From the NCBI RefSeq assembly GCF_026626665.1, contig NZ_JAPNKE010000002.1:3565168-3629167 (forward strand): a stretch of 64,000 bases of DNA, given 5' to 3'. The position numbers were made by a program, and so were the translations under genes. The stretch comes from Nannocystis pusilla. Its GTDB lineage: Bacteria > Myxococcota_A > Polyangia > Nannocystales > Nannocystaceae. The notes below the pieces were generated by a model. It did not search any database. It saw only the letters and a list, made by a program, of their open reading frames with translations, and had not been told where the DNA came from. Positions 1-8,577 of this stretch are shown here, piece after piece (the first letter of the stretch is position 1; each line of letters starts with the position of its first letter).

Positions 1-1007
1 CGGGCTGGGAGGGCCAGGCCGCAGCCGCGAGCGCGACCCACGTCGCGGCCATCGATCACGCGACCTCGGCGGTGCGGATCTGGCACGTCGACGATCCGAG
101 GCAGCAGGTCGCGTCGTTGACCGCCTACAGCCCCGGGGCGCAGCGCCTGGCGGTCCGCGACGACGCCCTGACGCTGCAGAGGTGCCAACCCGCCAACTCG
201 CTGCCGGCGGTGATGACGCTCGAGCTGAACAGCGGCGCGATGAAGCTGCTGGAGCTGGACACCATCCACGACATCGCCGCGACCGCGGACGGGCAGCGCC
301 TGCTCGTGTTCTACCAGCCCTACCCGCTGGGGCCGTTGAAGATCACCGAGTTCGACGCCGCCGGCCAGCCGGGCGAGTCGTTCGACGTCCAGAAAGGCGC
401 GGGTGAGCTGGCGCTGGCGCCCGACGGGCGGACCTGGGGCGTCACGTCGCGCACGTACCCCGTGTCGCGCCTGGCCGAGCCGACGACGCATGCCCAGTGG
501 CGCGCGTTCGGGGCGACGAAGTGGGCCAAGAACCTCAAGCTCCCGGGCTTCTGGTCGCGCATCGCCCTGTGCGACTCGGCGGTGGTGGTGACCGTGGGCA
601 AGCAGCTGGTCGTGGTCGCCCTCGCCAAGAACAAGACGCTCCTGACGCTCGAGCTGCCGACCCTCGCGGTGAGCGTGGCGATCAGCCGCGACGGCGCGCG
701 CGTCGGTGTGATCGGGGTCGACCGCCCGCGGATCGTCGACGTGGTGACAGGGACGATGGTCGAGCTGGCGCCGGAGCTGCACGGTGAGTCGACTTCGCAC
801 CGCTGCCTCTGCTTCGATGACGAGGGGCGCTGGCTGTTCATCGGCCACCCCGCCGGACCGATCGTGCAGCACCAGGCGACGGACGGCGCGACGCTGGCGA
901 TGCTGCGCTTCCACACTGACTCGGTCCGGGCGCTGACGTGGGCCGGCGGGGCGCTGTGGAGCAGCTCGGAGGACGGCACGATCGTCCGCTGGGGTGAGCT
1001 CGGCTGA
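1..1007 (+). CDS. WD40/beta-propeller-like repeat protein, 5'-partial (reading frame is open back to base 1)
   Basis: ORF 72..1007 with the frame open upstream to the window edge. Repeated 'AxDGxxLxV…W' beta-propeller-like segments and a C-terminal 'SSEDGTIVRWGEL' WD-like motif. Confidence 0.45.
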   Translation, partial: GWEGQAAAASATHVAAIDHATSAVRIWHVDDPRQQVASLTAYSPGAQRLAVRDDALTLQRCQPANSLPAVMTLELNSGAMKLLELDTIHDIAATADGQRLLVFYQPYPLGPLKITEFDAAGQPGESFDVQKGAGELALAPDGRTWGVTSRTYPVSRLAEPTTHAQWRAFGATKWAKNLKLPGFWSRIALCDSAVVVTVGKQLVVVALAKNKTLLTLELPTLAVSVAISRDGARVGVIGVDRPRIVDVVTGTMVELAPELHGESTSHRCLCFDDEGRWLFIGHPAGPIVQHQATDGATLAMLRFHTDSVRALTWAGGALWSSSEDGTIVRWGELG

Positions 1008-1111
1008 TTGCCATGGTTGAACGGACATGCTCGAAAGGGCATGTCCGAGAGAGCATGCCTCTGAGGGCATGTCTCGAACGCCTGGCCGCGAGCGCGCCTC
1101 GCCCGTGCCCC

Positions 1112-1853
1112 TCAGCGGCCCGACAGGAAGCCGAGGCGCTGGAACAGCGGCTCGGGGGTGTGGCGGACGACGAACAGGATCGGGCGCCAGTACCACGGGA
1201 CGAAGGCGACGACGGCCCGGCGGGCGATCGCGCGGTCGATGTCGCGAGCGGCGCGCTGCGGGGTGGCGAACAGGGCGTTCCTGGGGTGGCCGACGGTCAT
1301 GGGCGTGTCGACCGGGCCGAGCTTGAGCGTGGTGACGTTGACGCCCGCGGGGTAGAGGCGGCTGCGCAGGCCCTGCAGATAGACGTGCAGCGCCCCCTTG
1401 GCGGAGCCGTAGGTGTAGTTGCGCGGGCGGCCGCGCTCGCCGGCGACGGAGGTGATGACCGCGAGCGTGCCGCTGCGCTGGCGCTCGAGCACGCCCGCGA
1501 GCGGGACCAGGACTGCGATCACCGAGAGGAAGTTGACCTGGACGATGCGCGCGGCCTCGGCGACGTCGTGCTCGCTGCGCTGCTGATCGCCGAGGTCGCC
1601 GTGGGCGACGAGGACGACGTCGACCCGGCCACCGAGCGCGGCCACGGCCTCGTTCGCCAGCGCCTCCGCGCGCGAGGTCGGTGAAGTCCCCCGCCCCGGT
1701 GGTGACCTCGGCGCCGGCGCAGCGGGCGGCCACGGCCGCGAGCTTGTCGGCATGGCGGCCGACGAGGTGGAGCCGATCGCCGCGCGCGGCCCAGCGGGCG
1801 CTCACCTCGGCGGCGATGGCGGAGGTGGCCCCGAAGACGATGACGTGGCGCAT
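1112..1853 (-). CDS. Short-chain dehydrogenase/reductase (SDR), apparently frameshifted
   Basis: ORF 1112..1753 carries the SDR catalytic 'YTYGSAKGAL' (YxxxK) motif and an 'LVAHGD' NNAG-like motif. A classic Rossmann N-terminus 'MRHVIVFGATSAIAAEVS…LHLVGRHADKL…GDFTDL' is encoded in a different frame from the ATG at 1853. The frames meet in a (CG)n run at about 1665-1680. Confidence 0.6.
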
Positions 1854-2099
1854 CCGCGGAAGGTAGCGCGGCCCGGCCCGCGATGGCGAGAGGATGTTGG
1901 CGCCGCTGCCGGCGGCACGCGGCCGGCCGCGACCCCTGAGCCCCGTCCGCGCGCTCGGCCGAGGCGTCGCTCCGACGGCGCGCCGAGGCGCTCGGCCGTC
2001 GCCGCGCAGCCGGCTGACGCTCCGACATGACTTCATCGACATGTCTTCATGGACATGTTTTTTACGACATGTTCGAGCGAACCACCGGGAGCGAGCGCC

Positions 2100-4991
2100 T
2101 CACCGCTTCGGCTGGGCCGGCGCGGACCCGCCGGGCGTGACGTTCTCGTCGCGCCACGCGGTGGCCTCGGTCAGGTCGAGCGAGCCGGCGGGCCCCAGGG
2201 CGGTGAAGGTGGCGACGGCCTGCTCGATGAGCGCGCGGGCGCGGACGCGGTCGCGCTCGGACAGCCACAGCGCGCGGGCCAGTCCGTACTCGGCGCGGCC
2301 GCGCAGGAGCGTGTGGACGTCGGTGCCGGCGCGGATCGCCAGGGCGCGCTCGAAGGCCGGGATGGCGGTCGCGTAGTCCCTGGCGTGGAGGCCCCACTCG
2401 CCCAGGCCCAGCAGCGAGCGCGCGACCTCGGCGTGGTCCTCGCCGAGGACGCGGCGGCGGATCGCCAGCGAGCGGTCGATGACCGCGCGCGCCGCGTCGA
2501 GCTGGCCGGCCTCGAGGTACGACGCGGCGAGGTTGTCGAGCTGCGTGCACAGCTCGATGTGGTCGGGGCCGTGGCGGCGCTCGAGCGAGCGCACGACCGC
2601 CTCGAAGGCGGCGACGGCGTCGATCGGGCGGCGGGCGCGGGCCAGCGCGGCGGCGATGTTGCCCTGGAACACGACCACCAGCGGATCGTCCTCGCCGCGG
2701 GTGCGGAGGATGATGTCGAGGCCGCGGCGCCAGGTCGCCAGCGCGGCGTCGAAGTCGGTGAGGACGAAGTAGAGGTTGCCCTCGTAGCGCAGGGCCGCGG
2801 CGACCTCGGGGTGCTCGGGGCCGAAGGCGCGCTCGAGGCGGGCGCGGCTGTCCGGAAGGACAGCCTTGGCGCGGTCGAACTCCTGGCGGGCCCACAGGGC
2901 GGTGCCGAACCACTGGCGGGCGCGCGCGGTGGCCGGGTTGTCGGCGCCGTGGAGGGCGTCGTAGGCGGCGACGCTGCGCTCGATGAGCGCCTCGGACTCG
3001 GCGTAGCGCCCGAGCGACCACAACAACTTGCTGCGGGCGAGGGCGAGCAAGGCGGCGGTGCCGTCGTCGGGCGCGCGCGTCTGGGCGGCGCCGGCGATCT
3101 CGAGCCAGACCTCGGCGTGGTCGAGGCGGCCGAGGGTGTTGAGGGTGTCGACCAGGGCGGCCGCGGCGTCGCGGGCGACCGCGTCCTGACGGCTGGCGGT
3201 GGCCGTGGTGAAGGCGGCGCGCAGGCTGGTCTCGGCCTCGGCGTCGCGCTGGACGAGCGCGAGCAAGCGGCCGCGCGCGAGCTGGGCCTCGGCGACCGCC
3301 GGGGCGTAGGCGGCGGCCTCGGCGGCGGCGACGGCCTGGTCGGCGCCGAGCAGGCCGGCCTCGTAGCGGCCGGTGTGCTCGAGCGCGGCGACGTTGGCGA
3401 GCGCGCGGCGGACGCTGTCGACGGCCAGCGCGGTGGCCGGATCGGCGGGCGGCGGCACCTCGGCGCGGAGCAGCCCGACGTCGGCGCAGCGCTCGATCGG
3501 CGGCAGCGCAGCCACGGCGTCGACGGCCCGCTCGACCACGCCGGCGTCGGCGGCCACCAGCAGGTCGGTGACCGCCCTGACCTCATGGACATGTCGTGAA
3601 AGACAGGCCATGCGCAGGTCGAGCAGGTGCTCCGACTGCTCGCCGCGGGCGTGGGCCTCGCAGGCGTCGCGGTGCATGGCGACGATCGCCTCGGCGCGGG
3701 CGTCGAGGCGGCCGGCCACGTGCGTCCACGCCTCGTCGGCGAAGCCGAGTCCGCTGGCCTCGAAGGCGTCGGCGGCGGCGTCGCGGCGGGCCGAGTCCCA
3801 CACGCCGACCAGGCGCGCCTCGCCGCCGAGGCAGCGGCCCTCGTCCTGGAAGCTCCACGCGGCCGCGGCCAGGCCGATCACCGCGCCGAGGCCGAGGCCG
3901 ACCACGGCATGTCGCGCGCGCACCTGCGGGCCGGCGAGGTCGGCCAGCAGCGCGTCCATGCTGGGGTAGCGGGCGTCGGGGACGCGCGCGAGGCCGCGGG
4001 CGAGCACCCGGTAGAGCCGCTTGCCCGCGCGCGGGCCGACCTGCACGCGTTCGGGCAGGTCGGCGACCAGGACCTGGTCGCGCAGCTCGTCGACGGTGTC
4101 GCCGGAGAACGGACGCGAGCCCCACAGCGCCTCCCACAGCGCGACGCAGAAGCTGAACTGATCGGTGCGGGCGTCGACCTGTCCGCCGAGCCATTGCTCC
4201 GGGGCCATGTACGCGGGGGTGCCGGCGAAGAAGACGGTGCGCTCGACCCCGACGTCGACGAGCTCGTCGCCGGCGGGGCGCTCGGCCTGCTCGGCGAGCG
4301 CGGCCAGGCCGAAGTCGACCACGCGGACGCGACCCTCGAGGTCGACGAGGACGTTGCCGGGCTTGAAGTCGCGGTGCGTGAGGCCGACGCGGTGCGCCGC
4401 GGCGAGGCCCCGCCCGGCCTCCGAGAAGACGGTGAGGATCTCCTGCTGCGAGCGCTCGCGGTCCTCCAACCAGGCCGACAGGGTGACGCCGCGGACGAAC
4501 TCCATGGCGATGAACAGCTCGTCGCCGATCGCGCCGGCCTCGTAGACCTGGACGACGTTGGGGTGCGACAGGCGGGCCAGCGCCTGCGCCTCGCGCAGCA
4601 GGCGGGCCTGCAGGCGCTCGTCCTGGCGGTGGTGCGAGCGCACGACCTTGATGGCGACGCGGCGCTCGAGCACCTCGTCGTAGCCCGACAGGATGACGCC
4701 CATGCCACCCTCGCCGAGCTCGCTCAGGATCGCGTAGCGGCCGATCCGGCGCGACTGGCGGATCAGCGAGTCTTCGAGCGGGGCCGCGGCGCCGCGCAGG
4801 CCGACGCCCGAGGCCGCGTGGAGCGGCGTGCTGTCTCTTCGACCAGGTGACGCGAGGGCCGTCTCCTCGATCGGGCTCGGGCGGGCCCGGGCGGTGACGT
4901 CCAGCGCCGGCGACTTGGTGTCGGTGGTCGCGAGCAGGTCCGGGTCCGAGGGCCCGGAGCGCTTGTCGTCGGGCGAGTGGGCACCCACCAT
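2100..4991 (-). CDS. Ser/Thr protein kinase with C-terminal TPR repeat domain
   Basis: 963 aa ORF with Hanks kinase motifs (GEGGMGVI, VAIK, HRDFKPGNVL, DFGLA, APE) followed by about 500 aa of TPR-like helical repeats. ATG at 4989-4991. Confidence 0.8.
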   Translation of the reverse strand: MVGAHSPDDKRSGPSDPDLLATTDTKSPALDVTARARPSPIEETALASPGRRDSTPLHAASGVGLRGAAAPLEDSLIRQSRRIGRYAILSELGEGGMGVILSGYDEVLERRVAIKVVRSHHRQDERLQARLLREAQALARLSHPNVVQVYEAGAIGDELFIAMEFVRGVTLSAWLEDRERSQQEILTVFSEAGRGLAAAHRVGLTHRDFKPGNVLVDLEGRVRVVDFGLAALAEQAERPAGDELVDVGVERTVFFAGTPAYMAPEQWLGGQVDARTDQFSFCVALWEALWGSRPFSGDTVDELRDQVLVADLPERVQVGPRAGKRLYRVLARGLARVPDARYPSMDALLADLAGPQVRARHAVVGLGLGAVIGLAAAAWSFQDEGRCLGGEARLVGVWDSARRDAAADAFEASGLGFADEAWTHVAGRLDARAEAIVAMHRDACEAHARGEQSEHLLDLRMACLSRHVHEVRAVTDLLVAADAGVVERAVDAVAALPPIERCADVGLLRAEVPPPADPATALAVDSVRRALANVAALEHTGRYEAGLLGADQAVAAAEAAAYAPAVAEAQLARGRLLALVQRDAEAETSLRAAFTTATASRQDAVARDAAAALVDTLNTLGRLDHAEVWLEIAGAAQTRAPDDGTAALLALARSKLLWSLGRYAESEALIERSVAAYDALHGADNPATARARQWFGTALWARQEFDRAKAVLPDSRARLERAFGPEHPEVAAALRYEGNLYFVLTDFDAALATWRRGLDIILRTRGEDDPLVVVFQGNIAAALARARRPIDAVAAFEAVVRSLERRHGPDHIELCTQLDNLAASYLEAGQLDAARAVIDRSLAIRRRVLGEDHAEVARSLLGLGEWGLHARDYATAIPAFERALAIRAGTDVHTLLRGRAEYGLARALWLSERDRVRARALIEQAVATFTALGPAGSLDLTEATAWRDENVTPGGSAPAQPKR

Positions 4992-5202
4992 GGAGGACGG
5001 TACACGACCTGCGCCCCTGCGGCGAGGACGCTATCGCGCACGGGCGCGAGCGCCCCATCCCGCGTGCGCCGGGCCACGCGCGGACCTATGCCCGTCCCTG
5101 GCGGGCCCGCGCGCGAGATGTCTTTTCAGACAGGTCGGTGAGACGACAGGCGACCGCCCGGGCAGGTCGCCAGATCTGCCCGGGCGGTCTGGTGGGTGAG
5201 GA

Positions 5203-7044
5203 TTACTTGCAGGCCTTGGTGATGCCGACCTTGAGCTGGCAGATCGCGTCGGCATAGGCGGCGGTGAACACGTCGCGGCGGACGCCGGTCTGGCTCTTGC
5301 CAAGGTCGTCGAGGTCGGGGCTCAGCTGCCCGAGCTTCTCGCGCAGGGTCGTCTCGGTGGTCCACAGCTCGGCGGCGGCGCGGCGGATCTCGACGTCCTC
5401 GTCGAAGGCGTTGAACACCGTGACGATCGGCTCCTTGTCGCCGCCGAGCGGCACGCCGGCCGACTTGACCGCGAGGTTGAAGCGGTCGGAGTCGAGCGCG
5501 AGCAGGACGTTGTAGTCGTCGCGCTTCGGGTAGAGGGCGCGGACGGCGTCGAGCTGGTTGTCGTCGAAGTCGCCCTCGCCGAGGTTGTTGTCGATCTCCC
5601 AGCGGAGGTCGTCTTCCTTGTTGATCATGCCGACGTTGTGGCAGCCCATGCACGACTTGCCGTTGCGGACCACGCCGTCCGGCGCGTTCTTGTCCTGCAC
5701 GATCTGGATCGGCGCGTCGTCGATGCGGACGCCCTGGCCGTCGACGATCATGTAGCCCTGGAGGCCGTTCGGCAGGCTGTAGATGATCTCGCTGCCGTCC
5801 TCGACGAAGCCGAACGGGTCGACGAACACGTTGGCGTCGCCGGCGTTGCTCTGGAAGTCGTAGCTGATCCAGTAGACGCGGTTGCTGGCGTTCGGGAAGT
5901 CGTGGCGCTCGATCACGCGGTGGTTCTCGGACACGCCCGACTCGTGGAACGCGGCGCGCGCGACCCGGTTCGGGTTGGTCTCGATCTCCTCGGTGACGTT
6001 GGCGTCCACGTCGATGCCGAAGCTCTGCTCGAGCTCGAAGCGGGTCCGCGGGATCCGCAGGATGTCGTGGTAGAGCGGCGGCTGCGCGGACACCTCGACG
6101 AACGCGTCGGCCTGCAGCAGGAAGAACTTGGTGTTCGTGGCCTGCTTCACGTCCTCGGCGCTGTCGCCGATGAACTCGATCGCGTACGGGTCCTTGTTGG
6201 CGATGAGCTCCCAGGTGTCGCGGAACTCCTCGACGAAGGTGTTGGTCTCGATGTCGAGCACGCGGCCCGGCGCGTCCCAGTCGTAGTCGCGGATGTCGAT
6301 GCGGAAGATCAGCTTGTCCGGATCGATCGGGACCGGCGCCACGACCTTGATCTCGTTCGACAGGCTGTTGGCCAGCTTCGACAGGGCGTGGCGGTAGATC
6401 TCGATCTGGTCGTCGCACCAGCCGTAGTTGTAGAGGTGGACCAGGCTGAAGTAGCGGATGAAGGGCCGCGCGTCCGCCGAGATCTCCTGCGTGTTGAGCA
6501 GGTCGTTGCGGATCAGGTCGATCACCTGCGTGCGGGTCATCCACGGGTTCTCGCCGCACCCGGTCACGCCGGCACACTCGCCGATCCACTGCTCGACCAC
6601 GCGGATGTCGTCCTCGCTCGGCCGCGGCTCCTGGCCCTCGGGCGGCATCGGCAGCATGGTCGCGGCCATGCGGCGGTAGATCGCCGAGTTGTTCGGCTCG
6701 CCGGGGACGACCTTGCCGTTCGAGATCAGCGCGTCGAGGTTGGTGATGTAGTTGATGCTGCCGAGGGCCGCGCTGTCGGCCCCGTGACACTGCTTGCAGT
6801 TCTTGTCGAGGATGTTGAGGGTCTGCGCCGACAGCTCGCCGCAGTTGGCCTCGCCCTGCTCGCCGTCACCGCCGGTGCTGCTGCCGCCGTCGGTGCCGCC
6901 GCCGGCGGTGGTGCCCCCGGTGCCCTCGGTCTCGTCGCCGCTGTCGTTGCCCGGCAGGACGACGGTCTTGCAAGCGCCGCCCACCATCAGCGCGAGCGCT
7001 GCGGCGGAGATCAGCGGGATCGATGAGTAGAATCGTTGAGTCAT
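5203..7044 (-). CDS. Secreted lipoprotein with two CxxCH haem-binding motifs (di-haem cytochrome c-like, PSCyt-like family)
   Basis: 613 aa ORF. Signal peptide plus lipobox (LMVGGAC). CKQCH and CMGCH motifs. AGGAG RBS upstream of the ATG at 7044. Somewhat lower GC and N/D/K/I-rich composition relative to neighbours. Confidence 0.65.
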   Translation of the reverse strand: MTQRFYSSIPLISAAALALMVGGACKTVVLPGNDSGDETEGTGGTTAGGGTDGGSSTGGDGEQGEANCGELSAQTLNILDKNCKQCHGADSAALGSINYITNLDALISNGKVVPGEPNNSAIYRRMAATMLPMPPEGQEPRPSEDDIRVVEQWIGECAGVTGCGENPWMTRTQVIDLIRNDLLNTQEISADARPFIRYFSLVHLYNYGWCDDQIEIYRHALSKLANSLSNEIKVVAPVPIDPDKLIFRIDIRDYDWDAPGRVLDIETNTFVEEFRDTWELIANKDPYAIEFIGDSAEDVKQATNTKFFLLQADAFVEVSAQPPLYHDILRIPRTRFELEQSFGIDVDANVTEEIETNPNRVARAAFHESGVSENHRVIERHDFPNASNRVYWISYDFQSNAGDANVFVDPFGFVEDGSEIIYSLPNGLQGYMIVDGQGVRIDDAPIQIVQDKNAPDGVVRNGKSCMGCHNVGMINKEDDLRWEIDNNLGEGDFDDNQLDAVRALYPKRDDYNVLLALDSDRFNLAVKSAGVPLGGDKEPIVTVFNAFDEDVEIRRAAAELWTTETTLREKLGQLSPDLDDLGKSQTGVRRDVFTAAYADAICQLKVGITKACK

Positions 7045-7138
7045 GGTCGAAGGTGCTCCTGGAAGATGTGGCCCGTAGGACAGGTGGGGATCGCGGGGCC
7101 CGGGCCGGGGCGACGATCGGCGGCCTCGGGCCAGGGGG

Positions 7139-8137
7139 TCAGAAGCGCGCGGACAGGAACATGCCGCCGAAGGTCGGCGAGACGGCGGGCGCGACGCGGA
7201 CGCGCGAGAGCTGCTCCTGGCGCGCCTTCTTGAAGTCGGTCGCGCCGAGGGCGACCAGGGTGACGCCGAGCGCGACGCCGAGGACCCCGGCGACCGCGCC
7301 CGCGGCGGTCATCGTGTCGCCCTGCTTCTTCTGCGCCTCGAGCGGGGCGAGGTACTCGGGGTTGTCGCCGGCCTTGGGCAGCTCGCGGTCGGCCGACTTG
7401 CTGAGGTAGATGCCGCCGCCCATGACGCCGAGGGCCGCGAGGCCGCCGGCGAGGAAGATCGAGCCGGCGATCAGCTCGCCGCGGGCGTTGCGACGGACGG
7501 GGTTGGTGCGCCGCACGAGGTCCGGCAGCGCGCCATCGGCCGCGGTCCGCAGCTCGGTGCTCCACGCGTGCATCGTCTCGAGGTCGTCCGGGTTGACGCG
7601 GATGCCGTCGACCGCCCCGCCGCTGTTGGCCGCGAGCAACGCGTCCGCGCGGTCGATGTGGCGCAGGCTGGCCTCCCACTCGGCCTTGGCCTGGTCGGCG
7701 CTGCGCTTGCGCGCGAGCTTCTGCCGGGCGTCGGCGGCCGCGAGGTGCAGCACCGGGTCGCGCAGGGCCTCGGCCCCGCCGGCGAGCAGGCCGACGGCGC
7801 CCTCGAGGTTGCCGGCGTCGGACAGCTGCTGCGCCTGGTCCTGCAGCGGCGCGCGCTCGGCCTCGGCCTTATCGACCTGAGCCTTGATCATCGCCTCGCG
7901 CGGCTGCGCCTTGGCGGCCTTCTTCTTGCCGCTCCCGCTCTTCTTCTTCGCGGGCCCCGGCGAATCGTCGAGGACGACGGTGTCGTCGTCGGCGGCCGGC
8001 GCGGCCGCCGATTCGGTCTTCCATCCATTCGTGGATTCCCCCGGCTGACCGGCCCACGCGGGCGCCGGCATCGCCAGGGACAATGCGATCCCCACCATCA
8101 GGAGCGAACGGCGCCCCTGCGATCGTACTGTCGACAT
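7139..8137 (-). CDS. Hypothetical secreted/membrane protein (signal peptide, Lys-rich linker, coiled-coil, C-terminal TM helices)
   Basis: 332 aa ORF with an N-terminal signal peptide (LLMVGIALSLAMPAPAWA) and two C-terminal hydrophobic helices. No recognisable domain. Confidence 0.5.
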   Translation of the reverse strand: MSTVRSQGRRSLLMVGIALSLAMPAPAWAGQPGESTNGWKTESAAAPAADDDTVVLDDSPGPAKKKSGSGKKKAAKAQPREAMIKAQVDKAEAERAPLQDQAQQLSDAGNLEGAVGLLAGGAEALRDPVLHLAAADARQKLARKRSADQAKAEWEASLRHIDRADALLAANSGGAVDGIRVNPDDLETMHAWSTELRTAADGALPDLVRRTNPVRRNARGELIAGSIFLAGGLAALGVMGGGIYLSKSADRELPKAGDNPEYLAPLEAQKKQGDTMTAAGAVAGVLGVALGVTLVALGATDFKKARQEQLSRVRVAPAVSPTFGGMFLSARF

Positions 8138-8545
8138 GTGCTCTCCTTGAGGGCCGCGGCCGCGTCATTGCGGCGCGCGGCGACGTTGCTGTCCTACAGG
8201 CCGGCCTTGCATGGAACACACAAGGCTGGCGACGGCCTGGTCGGACCGCGAGAAATAGGATTGGCCATCCTGGCCTAAAAGACAGCCTCCGTGGCAGAGC
8301 ACCTTCCGTGGCGCATGGGGCGGGAAGTCCGCGACGACCGCGGGACCCGACCTGTCACTCGAGTAACGGCACCCGCCCGATCGATCACCGCCCCCGACAA
8401 AAATTTCGAGAAAACCGTGTAGCAGACGTATGACGGCAATTTTTCCGCCGCGTTGCGTGGTTGCCCGGGTCGCCGACGAGCTTTGGGGGCGACAGGCCGC
8501 CGCGCGATCGACTGCACGCATTGCGGCCACCGTCGGGCCGCATTC

Positions 8546-8577
8546 GATCATTTAGTAATTCAGATTACCAAATGATC
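8546..8577. promoter_or_regulatory. AT-rich 32 bp near-perfect palindrome gatcatttagtaat-tcag-attaccaaatgatc inside an AT-rich island (about 8390-8580)
   Basis: Read directly from the sequence: 14 bp inverted arms with one mismatch and a 4 bp spacer. It overlaps the stop codon of the STPK-WD40 gene and lies in the upstream region of the 7139..8137 gene. Candidate operator or terminator. Confidence 0.4.

Noticed and set aside
2062-3592. Several 300-520 aa ORFs on both strands overlapping the kinase-TPR gene (for example 2049..3599 +, 2171..3592 -)
   Set aside because: They are compositionally biased (poly-Arg, poly-Pro or poly-Ala) with no motifs. The kinase-TPR frame (2100..4991 -) carries all the recognisable signatures.
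3575-3600. Single GACATGTC core inside the kinase-TPR coding sequence
   Set aside because: It translates in frame as part of continuous TPR sequence (…SRHVHEVRAV…). It is a single copy without the flanking half-sites, so it is probably a chance occurrence rather than an insertion.
5126-6790. 554 aa minus-strand ORF overlapping the cytochrome-like lipoprotein gene
   Set aside because: It is an alternative-frame shadow (Arg/Pro-rich). The 5203..7044 frame has the signal peptide, lipobox and CxxCH motifs.
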